64,000 nucleotides of DNA. It comes from Candidatus Latescibacterota bacterium. Its GTDB lineage: Bacteria; Latescibacterota; UBA2968; GCA-2709665. The notes beneath the pieces were generated by a model. That model did no database searches. It had not been told where the DNA came from and saw only the letters and a list, made by a program, of their open reading frames with translations. Location: positions 1,280,001-1,344,000 of the forward strand of contig OZ220733.1 in the NCBI GenBank assembly GCA_965116875.1, given 5' to 3'. Numbering within the stretch: position 1 is the stretch's first letter; the number at the start of each line of letters is the position of its first letter. Positions 1-9,361 of the stretch are shown here, in pieces. A program made the translations under genes and the position numbers.

Positions 1-1
1 G

Positions 2-781
2 CCGACTACGCCCGAAACCCGGCTTTTCGCGGGACAGCGGCTCACCTATTACCGGAAGCCGTGGCGGGAACCGGACGCGCCCTGTTCGTTTGCGCTGCTC
101 TACGAGGACGATCACCTTATTGCCGCCGACAAGCCGGCCGGCCTTCCCGTGCTGCCGGGCGGCCATCACCTTCGGAATACCCTGCTTTCCCGCATCCGCG
201 AACAATTCCCTGAAATCCCGGGCCCCGCGCCCCTCCATCGCCTGGGACGGGGAACTTCGGGCCTGGTTCTGTTCGCCCGTTCCGGGTTGGCAAGACGAGC
301 CCTTTCGGAAGACTTCCGAAACCGGCGTGTATGCAAATTCTACCGCGCACTCGTCGCCGGTACGGACATGCCCGATCGGTTTGCGGTTGATGTACCCATC
401 GGGCGGATTCCCTTTGCCCCGACCCGGTACCTTTACGCGGCAACAAGCGGGGGAAAGCCGGCCAGGACCGAATGCCGGGTCCTCAACCGCGACCGGGACG
501 GCAATCGGAGCCTGATCCGCGTCAATCTCGTCACCGGCCGCGCCCACCAGATCCGTATTCACCTTGCCGCCGCGGGACATCCTTTGATTGACGACCCGCT
601 CTATCGCGCCGGCGGCCGCCCCGCCGTATCAGCCGCCGGAGACCGCGCCCCGCTGCCGGGAGACATTGGATACCACCTTCACGCGCACGAACTCCATTTC
701 ATTCACCCGGCCACCAGACGCAAAGTTCACCTCACGTGCCCGCCGCCGTTGATCCTTCGCACACCCGCGGAAGAGGCCTGA
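2..781 (+). CDS. RluA-family pseudouridine synthase (5'-truncated by window edge)
   Basis: Frame open from position 2; motifs LYEDDHLIAADKPAGL, HRLGRGTSG (catalytic Asp of HRLD appears as G), TGRAHQIRIH, LHAHEL. Confidence 0.85.
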   Translation, partial: PTTPETRLFAGQRLTYYRKPWREPDAPCSFALLYEDDHLIAADKPAGLPVLPGGHHLRNTLLSRIREQFPEIPGPAPLHRLGRGTSGLVLFARSGLARRALSEDFRNRRVCKFYRALVAGTDMPDRFAVDVPIGRIPFAPTRYLYAATSGGKPARTECRVLNRDRDGNRSLIRVNLVTGRAHQIRIHLAAAGHPLIDDPLYRAGGRPAVSAAGDRAPLPGDIGYHLHAHELHFIHPATRRKVHLTCPPPLILRTPAEEA

Positions 782-831
782 GAATCAAGCCTGTAGCAGT
801 TCCTGAATATCGGGCCCGCACAATGATGACG

Positions 832-1614
832 TCAATCACGGATCCGGGTCGTCTCGTCCGTACGCGCCTGCTTGATGTGTCTGCCGGTGAAACCCACCGC
901 ATTCCTCAGGTCGGCTCCTCGCAGGTCTGAATTCTCAATATTGGCCTTATAGAGGTCCGCGTTCTGCATCCGGGCCTTGATGAAACTGGCGCACCGGAGG
1001 TCTGCCTGAACAAGGTCCGCGTTCTGCAGCCTCGCGCTCCGCAGATCGGCATTCCTGAGGTCGGCCCCCTGAAGATTCGCACCCTGGAGTCTCGCGCCTC
1101 TCAGATTGGCTCCCTGCAGGTCCGCATTCAGAAGGTTGGCGTCCTGGAGATCCGCGTTCCGCAGATCGGTCCCGCAAAGCCTGGCATCTCTCAGGTTTGC
1201 TCCCCGCAGCGTAGCCCTGTGCAACCGGGCGCCGGAAAGATCTGCATTCGTCAGATCGGCGAGTTCCAGGTCCGCCGGCGCCAGATTGGCATTCTTGAGA
1301 TTCGCGCCCCGGAACCGGGCGCGCTGGAGGGGAGCGCCGGAGAGATCGGCGTCCTGAAGGTCCGCATCACGGAAGTTGGCTTCGTAGAGTCTTGCACGCT
1401 GGAGATTGGCGCCGCGCAGGTTGGCGTCCTGGAACCGCACACCGCTCAGGATGGCTTCGCTCAAATCCGCGCACTGGAGCCGGGCATTCTGAAGTTCCGC
1501 CCGGCTCAGGTTTTCACCGGACACGTCGGCCCGTTCTCCCGTCGTTCCTTCAGAATCGATCCACGCACGGTGCCGGTTCATGACAAGGCGCAGTTCGGAG
1601 GGTGACATCGGCAT
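832..1614 (-). CDS. Pentapeptide repeat protein
   Basis: Long run of A(D/N)LxX pentapeptides after an N-terminal HRAWIDSEGxxGERAD cap. Confidence 0.93.
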   Translation of the reverse strand: MPMSPSELRLVMNRHRAWIDSEGTTGERADVSGENLSRAELQNARLQCADLSEAILSGVRFQDANLRGANLQRARLYEANFRDADLQDADLSGAPLQRARFRGANLKNANLAPADLELADLTNADLSGARLHRATLRGANLRDARLCGTDLRNADLQDANLLNADLQGANLRGARLQGANLQGADLRNADLRSARLQNADLVQADLRCASFIKARMQNADLYKANIENSDLRGADLRNAVGFTGRHIKQARTDETTRIRD

Positions 1615-1658
1615 TCGGGACTCCTGTGTCGCGTCTACACATTACCGCCTTCAGGATC

Positions 1659-2228
1659 TCATCCCTGATCCGTCGGGTACACTTCGGATTCGGTGATCAC
1701 CAGGTCCATCGGGATATCGCGAGGACCGGCCGGCAGTCGATCGAAGAGCTGGAAATCGTATGCGAGGCCGATTTTGACAGCATTCGCCATGGAAAGGAAA
1801 CGGTCGTAGTACCCGCCCCCGGAGCCCACCCGATTTCCGGCTCGGTCGAAGGCCAGACCGGGCACGAGAACGATATCGAAGGCATCTGGCGGCACCACGG
1901 CGCCGTCCTCGCCCGAAGGCTCCAGAAGGCCGATACCCGAAGGTTTCAATTCAGCCAGGCCGCGGATTTCCCGGTGGATCAGCGTTCGGTTCGGCTCCAC
2001 GACAGGCACCGCAACCCGTTTTCCGCGATCCAGGGCAAGATCGATGAGGGTATGGGTGTCGACTTCGTTCGAGATTGAGACATAGCTGGCCAGGCATTTG
2101 GCGCAGAGGTAGACCTCCCGGCCGATCAGGCGCGCGATCACGTGATCGCTCCGTGCGCGAACCTCCCCCATTGACAGTTCGGACCGTCTTTTCTTAATGG
2201 CATTTCGGATTTGCTTTTTGGATGGCAT
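1659..2228 (-). CDS. ygfA: 5-formyltetrahydrofolate cyclo-ligase
   Basis: KKQIR N-terminus, EVDT, VPGLAFDRAGNRVGSGGGYYDRFL, D-IPMDLVITE. Confidence 0.95.
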   Translation of the reverse strand: MPSKKQIRNAIKKRRSELSMGEVRARSDHVIARLIGREVYLCAKCLASYVSISNEVDTHTLIDLALDRGKRVAVPVVEPNRTLIHREIRGLAELKPSGIGLLEPSGEDGAVVPPDAFDIVLVPGLAFDRAGNRVGSGGGYYDRFLSMANAVKIGLAYDFQLFDRLPAGPRDIPMDLVITESEVYPTDQG

Positions 2229-2278
2229 AGCAGTCCGTTGATTCGACCTGAAACTTTTCTGCGGCGTCGGGGTTAATA

Positions 2279-2307
2279 ACTATACTTCGAGGGCGGCGGG
2301 TTGTCAA
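2279..2307 (-). promoter_or_regulatory. Sigma70-type promoter of ygfA
   Basis: Minus strand TTGACA-17 bp-TATAGT about 50 bp upstream of the start. Confidence 0.75.
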
Positions 2308-2363
2308 GACAGGAGGGGGCATGGAATACAGACGGACCGGCGCGGTCAGACGGAAAAGTTCGC

Positions 2364-2392
2364 TTGACTTTGACTGTAGGGGCTTTTAAATT
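2364..2392 (+). promoter_or_regulatory. Sigma70-type promoter of uppS operon
   Basis: TTGACT-17 bp-TAAATT. Confidence 0.65.
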
Positions 2393-2440
2393 ACAAATGC
2401 TGAATTTTGAAGTACTAACGGCAATTCCTGTGAGGAAATC

Positions 2441-3268
2441 TTGGATCGCCACGACGTGGAAATTCAAAATGAGTTGAAGGCGGACGGCAATCTTCCGGGG
2501 CATGTCGCAATCATCATGGACGGGAATGGCCGCTGGGCGCAAAGACATGGACTTGTCAGAACTCAGGGACACCGTTCCGCCCGCAAGGTTGTGCGTGACA
2601 TTGTGCGGGCCTGTGGGGAACTCGGGATAGATATCCTCACGCTTTTTGCATTTGGAACGGACAACTGGCGGCGCCCCTGGGCGGAAGTCCTTTCGTTAAT
2701 GCAGTTGTTGCGAGACGTTGCCGTTGACGAACTGAAGGAACTCCTCGAGAATAACGTCCGCCTGGTTGCAACCGGAGATACGGACCGTCTGGCAAGGCAG
2801 GCGCGGCAGGCAATGAAATACGCCATGTTCAGGACGTCCGAAAACACCGGGCTGACGCTGAATCTGGCGATGAGTTACGATGGCCGCAACGATATTCTCC
2901 AGGCCGTCAGACGAATCGCCTCCGCGGTGGAACAGGGAAGAGTCAACAGTGATGGTATCGACGAGAAGCTGTTTTCCGGGATGCTTTACACGACCGATCT
3001 GCCCGACCCCGACTTACTGATCCGAACCAGCGGAGAGTTTCGTCTGAGTAATTTCATGCTCTGGCAGTGTGCGTACACGGAATTCTGGTTCACGCCGGTC
3101 CTGTGGCCCGATTTCAGGCGTGAACACCTGTACGAAGCCGTTCGGGCGTATCAGTCCCGTGAGCGCCGTTTCGGAAAGACCAGCGCGCAGGTCCGTTCTT
3201 CGGCGAATGGCGCCGGGAACGGGGTTGCAGAGCGGATGGGGGCGGCGGCGGGAGTGAAGCCCGCGTAA
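2441..3268 (+). CDS. uppS: Undecaprenyl/isoprenyl diphosphate synthase (cis-prenyltransferase)
   Basis: HVAIIMDGNGRWA, PDPDLLIRTSGEFRLSNFMLWQ, RERRFG; synteny with cdsA-dxr-rseP. Confidence 0.95.
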   Translation: MDRHDVEIQNELKADGNLPGHVAIIMDGNGRWAQRHGLVRTQGHRSARKVVRDIVRACGELGIDILTLFAFGTDNWRRPWAEVLSLMQLLRDVAVDELKELLENNVRLVATGDTDRLARQARQAMKYAMFRTSENTGLTLNLAMSYDGRNDILQAVRRIASAVEQGRVNSDGIDEKLFSGMLYTTDLPDPDLLIRTSGEFRLSNFMLWQCAYTEFWFTPVLWPDFRREHLYEAVRAYQSRERRFGKTSAQVRSSANGAGNGVAERMGAAAGVKPA

Positions 3269-3305
3269 CGGGGCTCACTCGAACGCTCGCTTCCGTCAGG
3301 CAGGG

Positions 3306-4136
3306 GTGGTTTTGGCGGTACAGTCGAATCTGTTTCACCGGATCTCAGCGGCGGCGGTCTTCGGGCCGCTTTTTCTGGTTCTGTTCTGGGTTGGTGGAAT
3401 ACCACTCCTGATCGGCGTATGCGCGGTGGCTGCTGGCGGAACGTGGGAATACTGCCAGATGCAGAAAAAGCGGGGGCTGCATCCCTGGACTGGCGTCGGG
3501 GTTGCGGCCTCTTTGGTTTGGTGTCTCTGGTTGAACTGGTTTGGAGATCGACTCTGGCTGGTCCCGGTCGTAGTGATCCTCCTTGTCCTGCTCACCCTGG
3601 CAACGGGAAGCAGGGACGGCCAGTTTCGACTGGCGGACGCCGAAACGACCTTCGTCGGTACGTGCTACGTCGGGTTACTGCCCGCCTTTGCCCTGCTGGT
3701 TCGGAACGATTCCGGTCTCGAACCCGCCGAATCCGGCGCAAGGTGGTTTGCTGTTCTCGTACTCCTGGGAATCTGGAGTACGGATATTTTCGCCTATTTT
3801 GCCGGCCGCCTCTGGGGGAAACGACGTCCTTTTCCACGGATCAGCCCCGGTAAGACCGGGGCAGGCTTCGCAGGCGGAATCGTCGGGTCCGTAGCGGTAA
3901 TGCTTGCCGGTGGAAACGTCTTGAAATTGTACTCCGTTCCAGCCGGTATCTCTCTGGGAATCGTGGTGGGGCTGGGCGCCCTGTGGGGAGACCTGGTCGA
4001 GTCGATGATCAAAAGGAACGCGGGAGTCAAAGATGCTTCCGCCCTGATTCCCGGACACGGCGGCGTGTTGGACCGGTTCGACAGTTTTCTGTTTGTCTAC
4101 CCCGTGGTCTATCTCTACCTGCGCGTGTTTCATTGA
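3306..4136 (+). CDS. cdsA: Phosphatidate cytidylyltransferase
   Basis: Polytopic membrane protein; SPGKT, GDLVESMIKR..VKD..IPGHGGVLDRFDS. Confidence 0.95.
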   Translation: MVLAVQSNLFHRISAAAVFGPLFLVLFWVGGIPLLIGVCAVAAGGTWEYCQMQKKRGLHPWTGVGVAASLVWCLWLNWFGDRLWLVPVVVILLVLLTLATGSRDGQFRLADAETTFVGTCYVGLLPAFALLVRNDSGLEPAESGARWFAVLVLLGIWSTDIFAYFAGRLWGKRRPFPRISPGKTGAGFAGGIVGSVAVMLAGGNVLKLYSVPAGISLGIVVGLGALWGDLVESMIKRNAGVKDASALIPGHGGVLDRFDSFLFVYPVVYLYLRVFH

Positions 4137-4199
4137 GACGATCGTGCATTCCACGAACCTTCAAAACCGTTTGCCCGTTGACATGAACGGGGTCTGTGT

Positions 4200-5357
4200 A
4201 TGACGCGGGTTTCGCTGCTTGGGTCTACGGGATCGATCGGCACCAGTACGCTGGACGTACTCGCCGGTCTGCCTGAACGATTCGAAGTGGAATGCCTCAG
4301 CGCGGGAAGCAACGTCGATCTGCTCTGCGATCAGGTGACGCGTTTCCGGCCGAAACGGGTTTGCGTGGGAGAGGAGCACGCAAAGGAGGCGGGCGGAAGA
4401 AGAGAGTTGAAGGGTGTGGAGCTGTTGCATGGTTCTGACGGACTTATCGCGTTGGCGACCGACTCCGGGGTGGATCTGGTAATCAACGGGCTGGTTGCCG
4501 GGGTAGGACTGCGGCCAACCCTGGCGGCGGTAGAGGCAGGCAAGGACGTCGCTATTGCGAATAAGGAGACGCTGGTGGTAGCGGGCCACCTGGTCACGGA
4601 ACTCGCGGCACGCAACGACGTGCGGTTGATCCCGCTGGACAGCGAACTCACACCCCTGTGGCAGAGCCTGCAGGAAGTTTCGACCGAGCAGGTGACCCGC
4701 ATCGTGCTTTCCGCCTCAGGAGGTCCGTTTTTCGATATGCCCCTGGACGAGATGGCCCGCGCTACGCCCGAAGCGGCCCTCCGTCATCCAACCTGGCGGA
4801 TGGGACCGAAGATCACCATCGATTCCGCTACACTGATGAACAAGGGTTTCGAGGTGATCGAATCCCGCTGGTTTCTCGGGCTCGACGTCGAACAGATCGA
4901 CGTCGTGATTCACCGGCAGTCAATCGTTCATTGTCTGGTGGAGTTCCTGGACGGAAGCCTCACCGCGCACCTGAGCCGCCCCGATATGCGACTGCCCATT
5001 CAACAGGCATTGACCCACCCCGACCGGCTGCCGACTTCCGTCCCGTCGCTGGACCTCGTGTCCACGGGTTCTTTAAGCTTTCACGCGCCGGACATGGAGC
5101 GATTTCCCTGTCTTGCGCTTGCTTATGAAGTGTGTCGCGCGGGAGGTACGGCGGCGGCGGTACTCAATGCAGCCAACGAAATCGGCGTCGATTCCTTTCT
5201 GACCGGACGCATCGGGTTTCTGGATGTACCGGACGTCGTGCGAGGGACCCTCGATGCGCATGTCAACGCGTCCGGTTCGAATCTCGACGCGGTGTTCGAA
5301 GCGGACCGCTGGGGGCGGGAGAAGGCGAGGGAAATCGTGGCGCGCATTGTACGTTGA
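4200..5357 (+). CDS. dxr: 1-deoxy-D-xylulose-5-phosphate reductoisomerase
   Basis: LGSTGSIG, ANKE, SGGPF, HPTWRMGPKITIDSATLMNKG, NAANE. Confidence 0.96.
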   Translation: MTRVSLLGSTGSIGTSTLDVLAGLPERFEVECLSAGSNVDLLCDQVTRFRPKRVCVGEEHAKEAGGRRELKGVELLHGSDGLIALATDSGVDLVINGLVAGVGLRPTLAAVEAGKDVAIANKETLVVAGHLVTELAARNDVRLIPLDSELTPLWQSLQEVSTEQVTRIVLSASGGPFFDMPLDEMARATPEAALRHPTWRMGPKITIDSATLMNKGFEVIESRWFLGLDVEQIDVVIHRQSIVHCLVEFLDGSLTAHLSRPDMRLPIQQALTHPDRLPTSVPSLDLVSTGSLSFHAPDMERFPCLALAYEVCRAGGTAAAVLNAANEIGVDSFLTGRIGFLDVPDVVRGTLDAHVNASGSNLDAVFEADRWGREKAREIVARIVR

Positions 5358-5424
5358 CGTCTTTCTCTAAGGCCTGACAGCCCGTTGAAAAAGTCAATCC
5401 GGGCTGCTAAAGGAGTCTAGTGTT

Positions 5425-6732
5425 TTGGAATTTCTGGAAACCATCTTCTATTTTATCCTGGTGTTGGGCGTACTGGTCTTCGTTCACGAATTCGGTCATT
5501 TCATCGTGGCCAAGAGGTCGGGAATTCGCGTGGAGCAGTTTTCGCTGGGATTCCCGCCAAAGGCGTTCGGCATAACGGTTGGCGAGACCGAATATTGTAT
5601 TTCCTGGCTGCCGATCGGAGGATACGTAAAGGTTGCGGGAATGTCGGATTTCGGCAGCGCGGACGTAAAGCGGGAGCCGTGGGAATTCCAGTCGAAGCCG
5701 AGGGGAATTCAGATGGCGGTCATGGTCGCTGGTCCCATCATGAATTTTCTGCTCGGATTCATGCTGATATTGGGACTGCGCCTTGCACTTGGTGACTTTG
5801 TCTTACAGACGACGAAGGTAGGCAGGATCGAGGCGACGTCTCCGTTCTACGCGGCCGGATTGCGCGTGGAGGACCGGATTCTGGCGGTAAACGGAACCCC
5901 GGTGGACAACTGGGTCGGGCTGATCGATGCATTCAGCGCGGGGGACGTCGGTGACGTTGCCCTTGAAGTGGCCCGGGGCGACGAATTGGTGTTTCTCGTC
6001 GCCACACCCGATCCCGGGCAGGAGTTGGGTTTCGATCCTTTTCTCCCCTCCACTGCCGGATCGGTGATGCCGGGTTACCCGGCTGCGAGAGGGGGGATGG
6101 AGCCTGGAGACCGCGTGTTGTCGATCGACGGCGAATTCGTGAGCGGATGGGACGAGATGAGGAAGAAGATTTCCGCCAGGCCGGGACTGGAAACCGAGAT
6201 TCGGTGGTTACGTGGCAAGGAGGAGATGGCGGCGCGAATCGTGCCTCAACCCCAGAAGGGCGGGGGGCGAACCATTGGTGTGATCGGCATCGGTCCGTCT
6301 TACGAGCCCAGCGCCCGGGTGCCGGTGAAGATCGCTACCGCAATTGAACGCAGCGGACGGGACCTGGTGGGGTATACCACGCTGATTTTTACGTTGATCA
6401 AGCGCATCGTGATGGGCGAAGTGTCCGGAGGAATGATCGCCGGCCCGGTGGGAATCGCGCAAATGGCCGGGAGCAAGGCGAGAGAGGGTTGGGAAGCGCT
6501 GCTCGATTTCATGGCGATGTTGAGTATCAATCTCGCCGTCCTGAACCTGTTGCCGATTCCGGCGCTGGACGGCGGCCATCTGATGATCCTGAGCGTGGAA
6601 GCCATATCGCGGCGGTCGCTTTCCGCACGCCAGAAAGAGCGAATCCAGCAGGTCGGCTTCGTATTCCTGCTTGGACTCATGGTGTACGTGACTTTCGGTG
6701 ACATCGGCCGGATCTGGGGGATGTTCTACTGA
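5425..6732 (+). CDS. rseP: RIP metalloprotease RseP (M50, two PDZ domains)
   Basis: HEFGH, NLLPIPALDGG, PDZ-like segments. Confidence 0.96.
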   Translation: MEFLETIFYFILVLGVLVFVHEFGHFIVAKRSGIRVEQFSLGFPPKAFGITVGETEYCISWLPIGGYVKVAGMSDFGSADVKREPWEFQSKPRGIQMAVMVAGPIMNFLLGFMLILGLRLALGDFVLQTTKVGRIEATSPFYAAGLRVEDRILAVNGTPVDNWVGLIDAFSAGDVGDVALEVARGDELVFLVATPDPGQELGFDPFLPSTAGSVMPGYPAARGGMEPGDRVLSIDGEFVSGWDEMRKKISARPGLETEIRWLRGKEEMAARIVPQPQKGGGRTIGVIGIGPSYEPSARVPVKIATAIERSGRDLVGYTTLIFTLIKRIVMGEVSGGMIAGPVGIAQMAGSKAREGWEALLDFMAMLSINLAVLNLLPIPALDGGHLMILSVEAISRRSLSARQKERIQQVGFVFLLGLMVYVTFGDIGRIWGMFY

Positions 6733-6761
6733 GCCGGACCGCGTCGGTTTCGTGTTGTCGC

Positions 6762-6802
6762 AAAATGAAGGCGGGTTTTCGAACCCGCCTTCATTTTTTT
6801 TT
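6762..6802. terminator. Intrinsic, probably bidirectional terminator
   Basis: AAAATGAAGGCGGGTT-TTCG-AACCCGCCTTCATTTTTTTTT between convergent genes. Confidence 0.85.
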
Positions 6803-7156
6803 GTGCGCCCCGCGCCTGCTTCCAGTGTTTCTCCTCTTCGCGGTCTTCTTCCATTGAACGAAAACGCTGTCGGCTTCAAGCGTTTCCATAATGCTGCCGG
6901 TCAGCGCTTTCAGGGCCTCGGGGTTCGTCTTCCAGGTTTCGGTCAGGCGTTCGAGGTCTTGCTCGGTGAACCCGATTCCTGCAAGTACGGCTTTTCGTTT
7001 GATAACGAGGCTGTCGGGATGCTCCGCATACCGATGGTGCAGGTGGATGATTTCGATAATGCCGTGTGCAAGTTGGCGTTCGTCGGGCGCGGATCCATTC
7101 CTTGCCGTGCAGGCCAGAATTCCGATGAAGAGGAGCATGAGTTTCGTCCGTTTCAT
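6791..7156 (-). CDS. Putative small lipoprotein, unknown function
   Basis: MKRTKLMLLFIGILAC signal with lipobox-like Cys; helical body. Confidence 0.6.
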   Translation of the reverse strand: MKRTKLMLLFIGILACTARNGSAPDERQLAHGIIEIIHLHHRYAEHPDSLVIKRKAVLAGIGFTEQDLERLTETWKTNPEALKALTGSIMETLEADSVFVQWKKTAKRRNTGSRRGAHKKK

Positions 7157-7385
7157 TTCGAGAAAGATATCCGGAAGGGAACGGAAGGTCAAGGCACATC
7201 AGCCGGTGATGCGGATTGCGGCCGGGAAGAGCCTGCGCCATTGCACAACATCTGGTATTCACTTCGCGCCTTCCGCTTCGAACCCACTACATTTTCCCTG
7301 GACCGCTGGTTCTGCCATACATGTGCACACATGGTCACGGGGTTGTTTTTTTTGAAGATAAGGCGAAAAATCGTCTAGAAATCCC

Positions 7386-7414
7386 TTGACTTTTGTATGT
7401 CCTGGCCCTAATTT
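7386..7414 (+). promoter_or_regulatory. dcw (mra) promoter
   Basis: TTGACT-17 bp-TAATTT immediately followed by MraZ boxes. Confidence 0.75.
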
Positions 7415-7415
7415 G

Positions 7416-7451
7416 GTGGTGAAAAGTGGTGGAAAGTGGTGTGTTGGGGAG
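7416..7451 (+). promoter_or_regulatory. MraZ-binding direct repeats
   Basis: GTGGTG at 7416, 7426 and 7436 plus GGGGAG at 7446; 10-bp periodicity matches known GTGG(A/T)G MraZ boxes. Confidence 0.8.
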
Positions 7452-7615
7452 GACAAGGAAGCTTCCGAAGACATCGCTCGAGCAGGACGAGCCCCGGCAA
7501 GTCAGTCGGGGCTTTTCTCCCGATTCGGCTCCTCGCGGGAGCGGCTTTGAAACTCCTTTATTGTCAATCGTGGATCTTGCCGGTGTAGAAGCTGTGTAAT
7601 CTCCGAGCGACACCC

Positions 7616-8071
7616 ATGCCCGACGAAACGCCATTGTTCATTGGAGAATATGAGGATATTCCCGTCGACAACAAGGGTCGGCTGATTGTCCCTGCCGCCA
7701 TTCGCCGGGTATTGCCTACTCATGTCAATTCGCTCGTGATCGCCAGATGGTTCGACGGGTGCCTGGCCGGATTCGATCCGGTAGGCTGGCAGCAGGTTCT
7801 GCAGCAGATAAGAGAGGGGAGCCATAAGGGAAGGGTAAAACGGCAAATCGCCCGTTGGGTGATGGGGGGCGCCGCCGAGACAAGGATCGACCGTCAGGGG
7901 CGTCTGCTGGTTCCCCGAAAACTGCTCGATGTATCTGAAATTTCGGATCGTGCAACGCTCAGCGGAGTAGGCAACAGGATAGAAATCTGGAATCCGGAGC
8001 GATACACCGCGGATATGAGCGACGTCGGCAAGAATCTGGAAGAATTCGCTGAGGACCTCGACATTCTCTAG
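7616..8071 (+). CDS. mraZ: Transcriptional regulator MraZ
   Basis: Two SpoVT-AbrB repeats (VDNKGRLIVP, IDRQGRLLVP), GVGNRIEIW. Confidence 0.95.
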   Translation: MPDETPLFIGEYEDIPVDNKGRLIVPAAIRRVLPTHVNSLVIARWFDGCLAGFDPVGWQQVLQQIREGSHKGRVKRQIARWVMGGAAETRIDRQGRLLVPRKLLDVSEISDRATLSGVGNRIEIWNPERYTADMSDVGKNLEEFAEDLDIL

Positions 8072-8081
8072 TGTTCCGTCA

Positions 8082-9029
8082 ATGTGCGGGGCCACGGATT
8101 TTCATACGCCGGTTCTGGGGCGGGAAGCGGCCCTTCGGGTGGTGAACGACCCGAACGGTGTGTACATCGACGGCACGGTGGGAGGCGGGGGTCACGCCGA
8201 ACACATGCTGCGGCAGATGGGCCGGCGCGGAAGACTGATTGGAATCGATCGGGACCCGGATGCGGTTCAGGCCGCCGCCAGTCGGCTGCGCGGATTCTCT
8301 CATCAACTGGAGATCGTCGAGTCGTCTTTCAGGGAACTGCCGGAAATCCTGGAAAAACTGAATGTAAAACGGATTTCGGGGGCGCTTTTCGACCTCGGCG
8401 TTTCTTCCCATCAGATCGATGAGGCCTCCCGCGGTTTCAGCTATCTCCGAACCGGACCCCTGGATATGCGTATGGGACCCGATGCCCCCCGGTCGGCGAA
8501 GGAGGTCGTGAATACATACTCTCTGAAGAAACTGACCCGGATTTTCAGGAAATTCGGAGAAGAGCGCGCCGCCGGACGTATCGCCCGGGCCATTTGCCGC
8601 CGGCGGATCCGGGAACCGATGAAAGACACATTCCAACTGGCTTCGCTGATTTCGGAGATCACACCGGGAACTCAGACAACGAAGACTCTGGCCAGGATCT
8701 TCCAGGCGATCCGCATTGAGGTAAACGGGGAACTGGACCAGCTTCCGAAGACTCTCGAGTATACGATCGCAAAGTTGACAACGGGCGGACGAATCGGTGT
8801 TCTGTCCTATCACTCTCTTGAGGATCGAACGGTAAAGAATGTGTTTCGGGTGGCTTCCCGGGGTTGCGTCTGCCCGCCGGACATGCCGGTTTGCGGATGC
8901 GGGCGGGTCCCGCAGATACGCGTGCTGACTCCCCAGGGTATACGCCCCGATGCGGCGGAGCGCGAGCGAAACCCGAGGTCCAGAAGCGCGACATTGCGGG
9001 TCGCGGAGAGAATTGAGGATCGCGTATGA
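8082..9029 (+). CDS. rsmH: 16S rRNA m4C1402 methyltransferase
   Basis: HTPVL, DGTVGGGGH, DLGVSS, LDMRM, FQAIRIEVN, SYHSLEDR, NPRSRSA. Confidence 0.97.
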   Translation: MCGATDFHTPVLGREAALRVVNDPNGVYIDGTVGGGGHAEHMLRQMGRRGRLIGIDRDPDAVQAAASRLRGFSHQLEIVESSFRELPEILEKLNVKRISGALFDLGVSSHQIDEASRGFSYLRTGPLDMRMGPDAPRSAKEVVNTYSLKKLTRIFRKFGEERAAGRIARAICRRRIREPMKDTFQLASLISEITPGTQTTKTLARIFQAIRIEVNGELDQLPKTLEYTIAKLTTGGRIGVLSYHSLEDRTVKNVFRVASRGCVCPPDMPVCGCGRVPQIRVLTPQGIRPDAAERERNPRSRSATLRVAERIEDRV

Positions 9030-9358
9030 ATACCGGTTCCGAAATGAAGACATCGGGTGGTTACAGGTACGCACTCCTGACCATGGCGCTGGTGGTTCTG
9101 GGTCTTCTGGGTTATCTCTGGGTGCAGGCGCAGACCGTACGGCAGGGTGACGAGATCTCGCGACTTCGAACCGAGCGCCAGCAGCTTCTCCGCCAGCAGG
9201 AACGTCTTCGGGCGGAGATTTCGGGTCTCCGAAGAACCAGTCGAATCCGGGAGATCGCCACAGACAGGCTTGGGATGGTGTTTCCCCAGGGGCCGCCGCG
9301 AAATCTCTACATGGACCGGCGTCCGGACCGCCACGCTCCTTCCCGTCACAGAAACTGA
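9026..9358 (+). CDS. ftsL: Cell division protein FtsL
   Basis: One TM helix plus leucine-zipper coiled coil ending RIREIATDRLGM; lies between rsmH and ftsI. Confidence 0.85.
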   Translation: MNTGSEMKTSGGYRYALLTMALVVLGLLGYLWVQAQTVRQGDEISRLRTERQQLLRQQERLRAEISGLRRTSRIREIATDRLGMVFPQGPPRNLYMDRRPDRHAPSRHRN

Positions 9359-9361
9359 ACC

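Noticed and set aside
2229-2440. 6S RNA upstream of ygfA
   Set aside because: Interval is taken up by two divergent promoters, with only about 50 bp between promoter and ygfA
7193-7385. RNase P RNA upstream of mraZ
   Set aside because: Conserved GAGGAAAGTCC and 3' GGCTTA motifs not found
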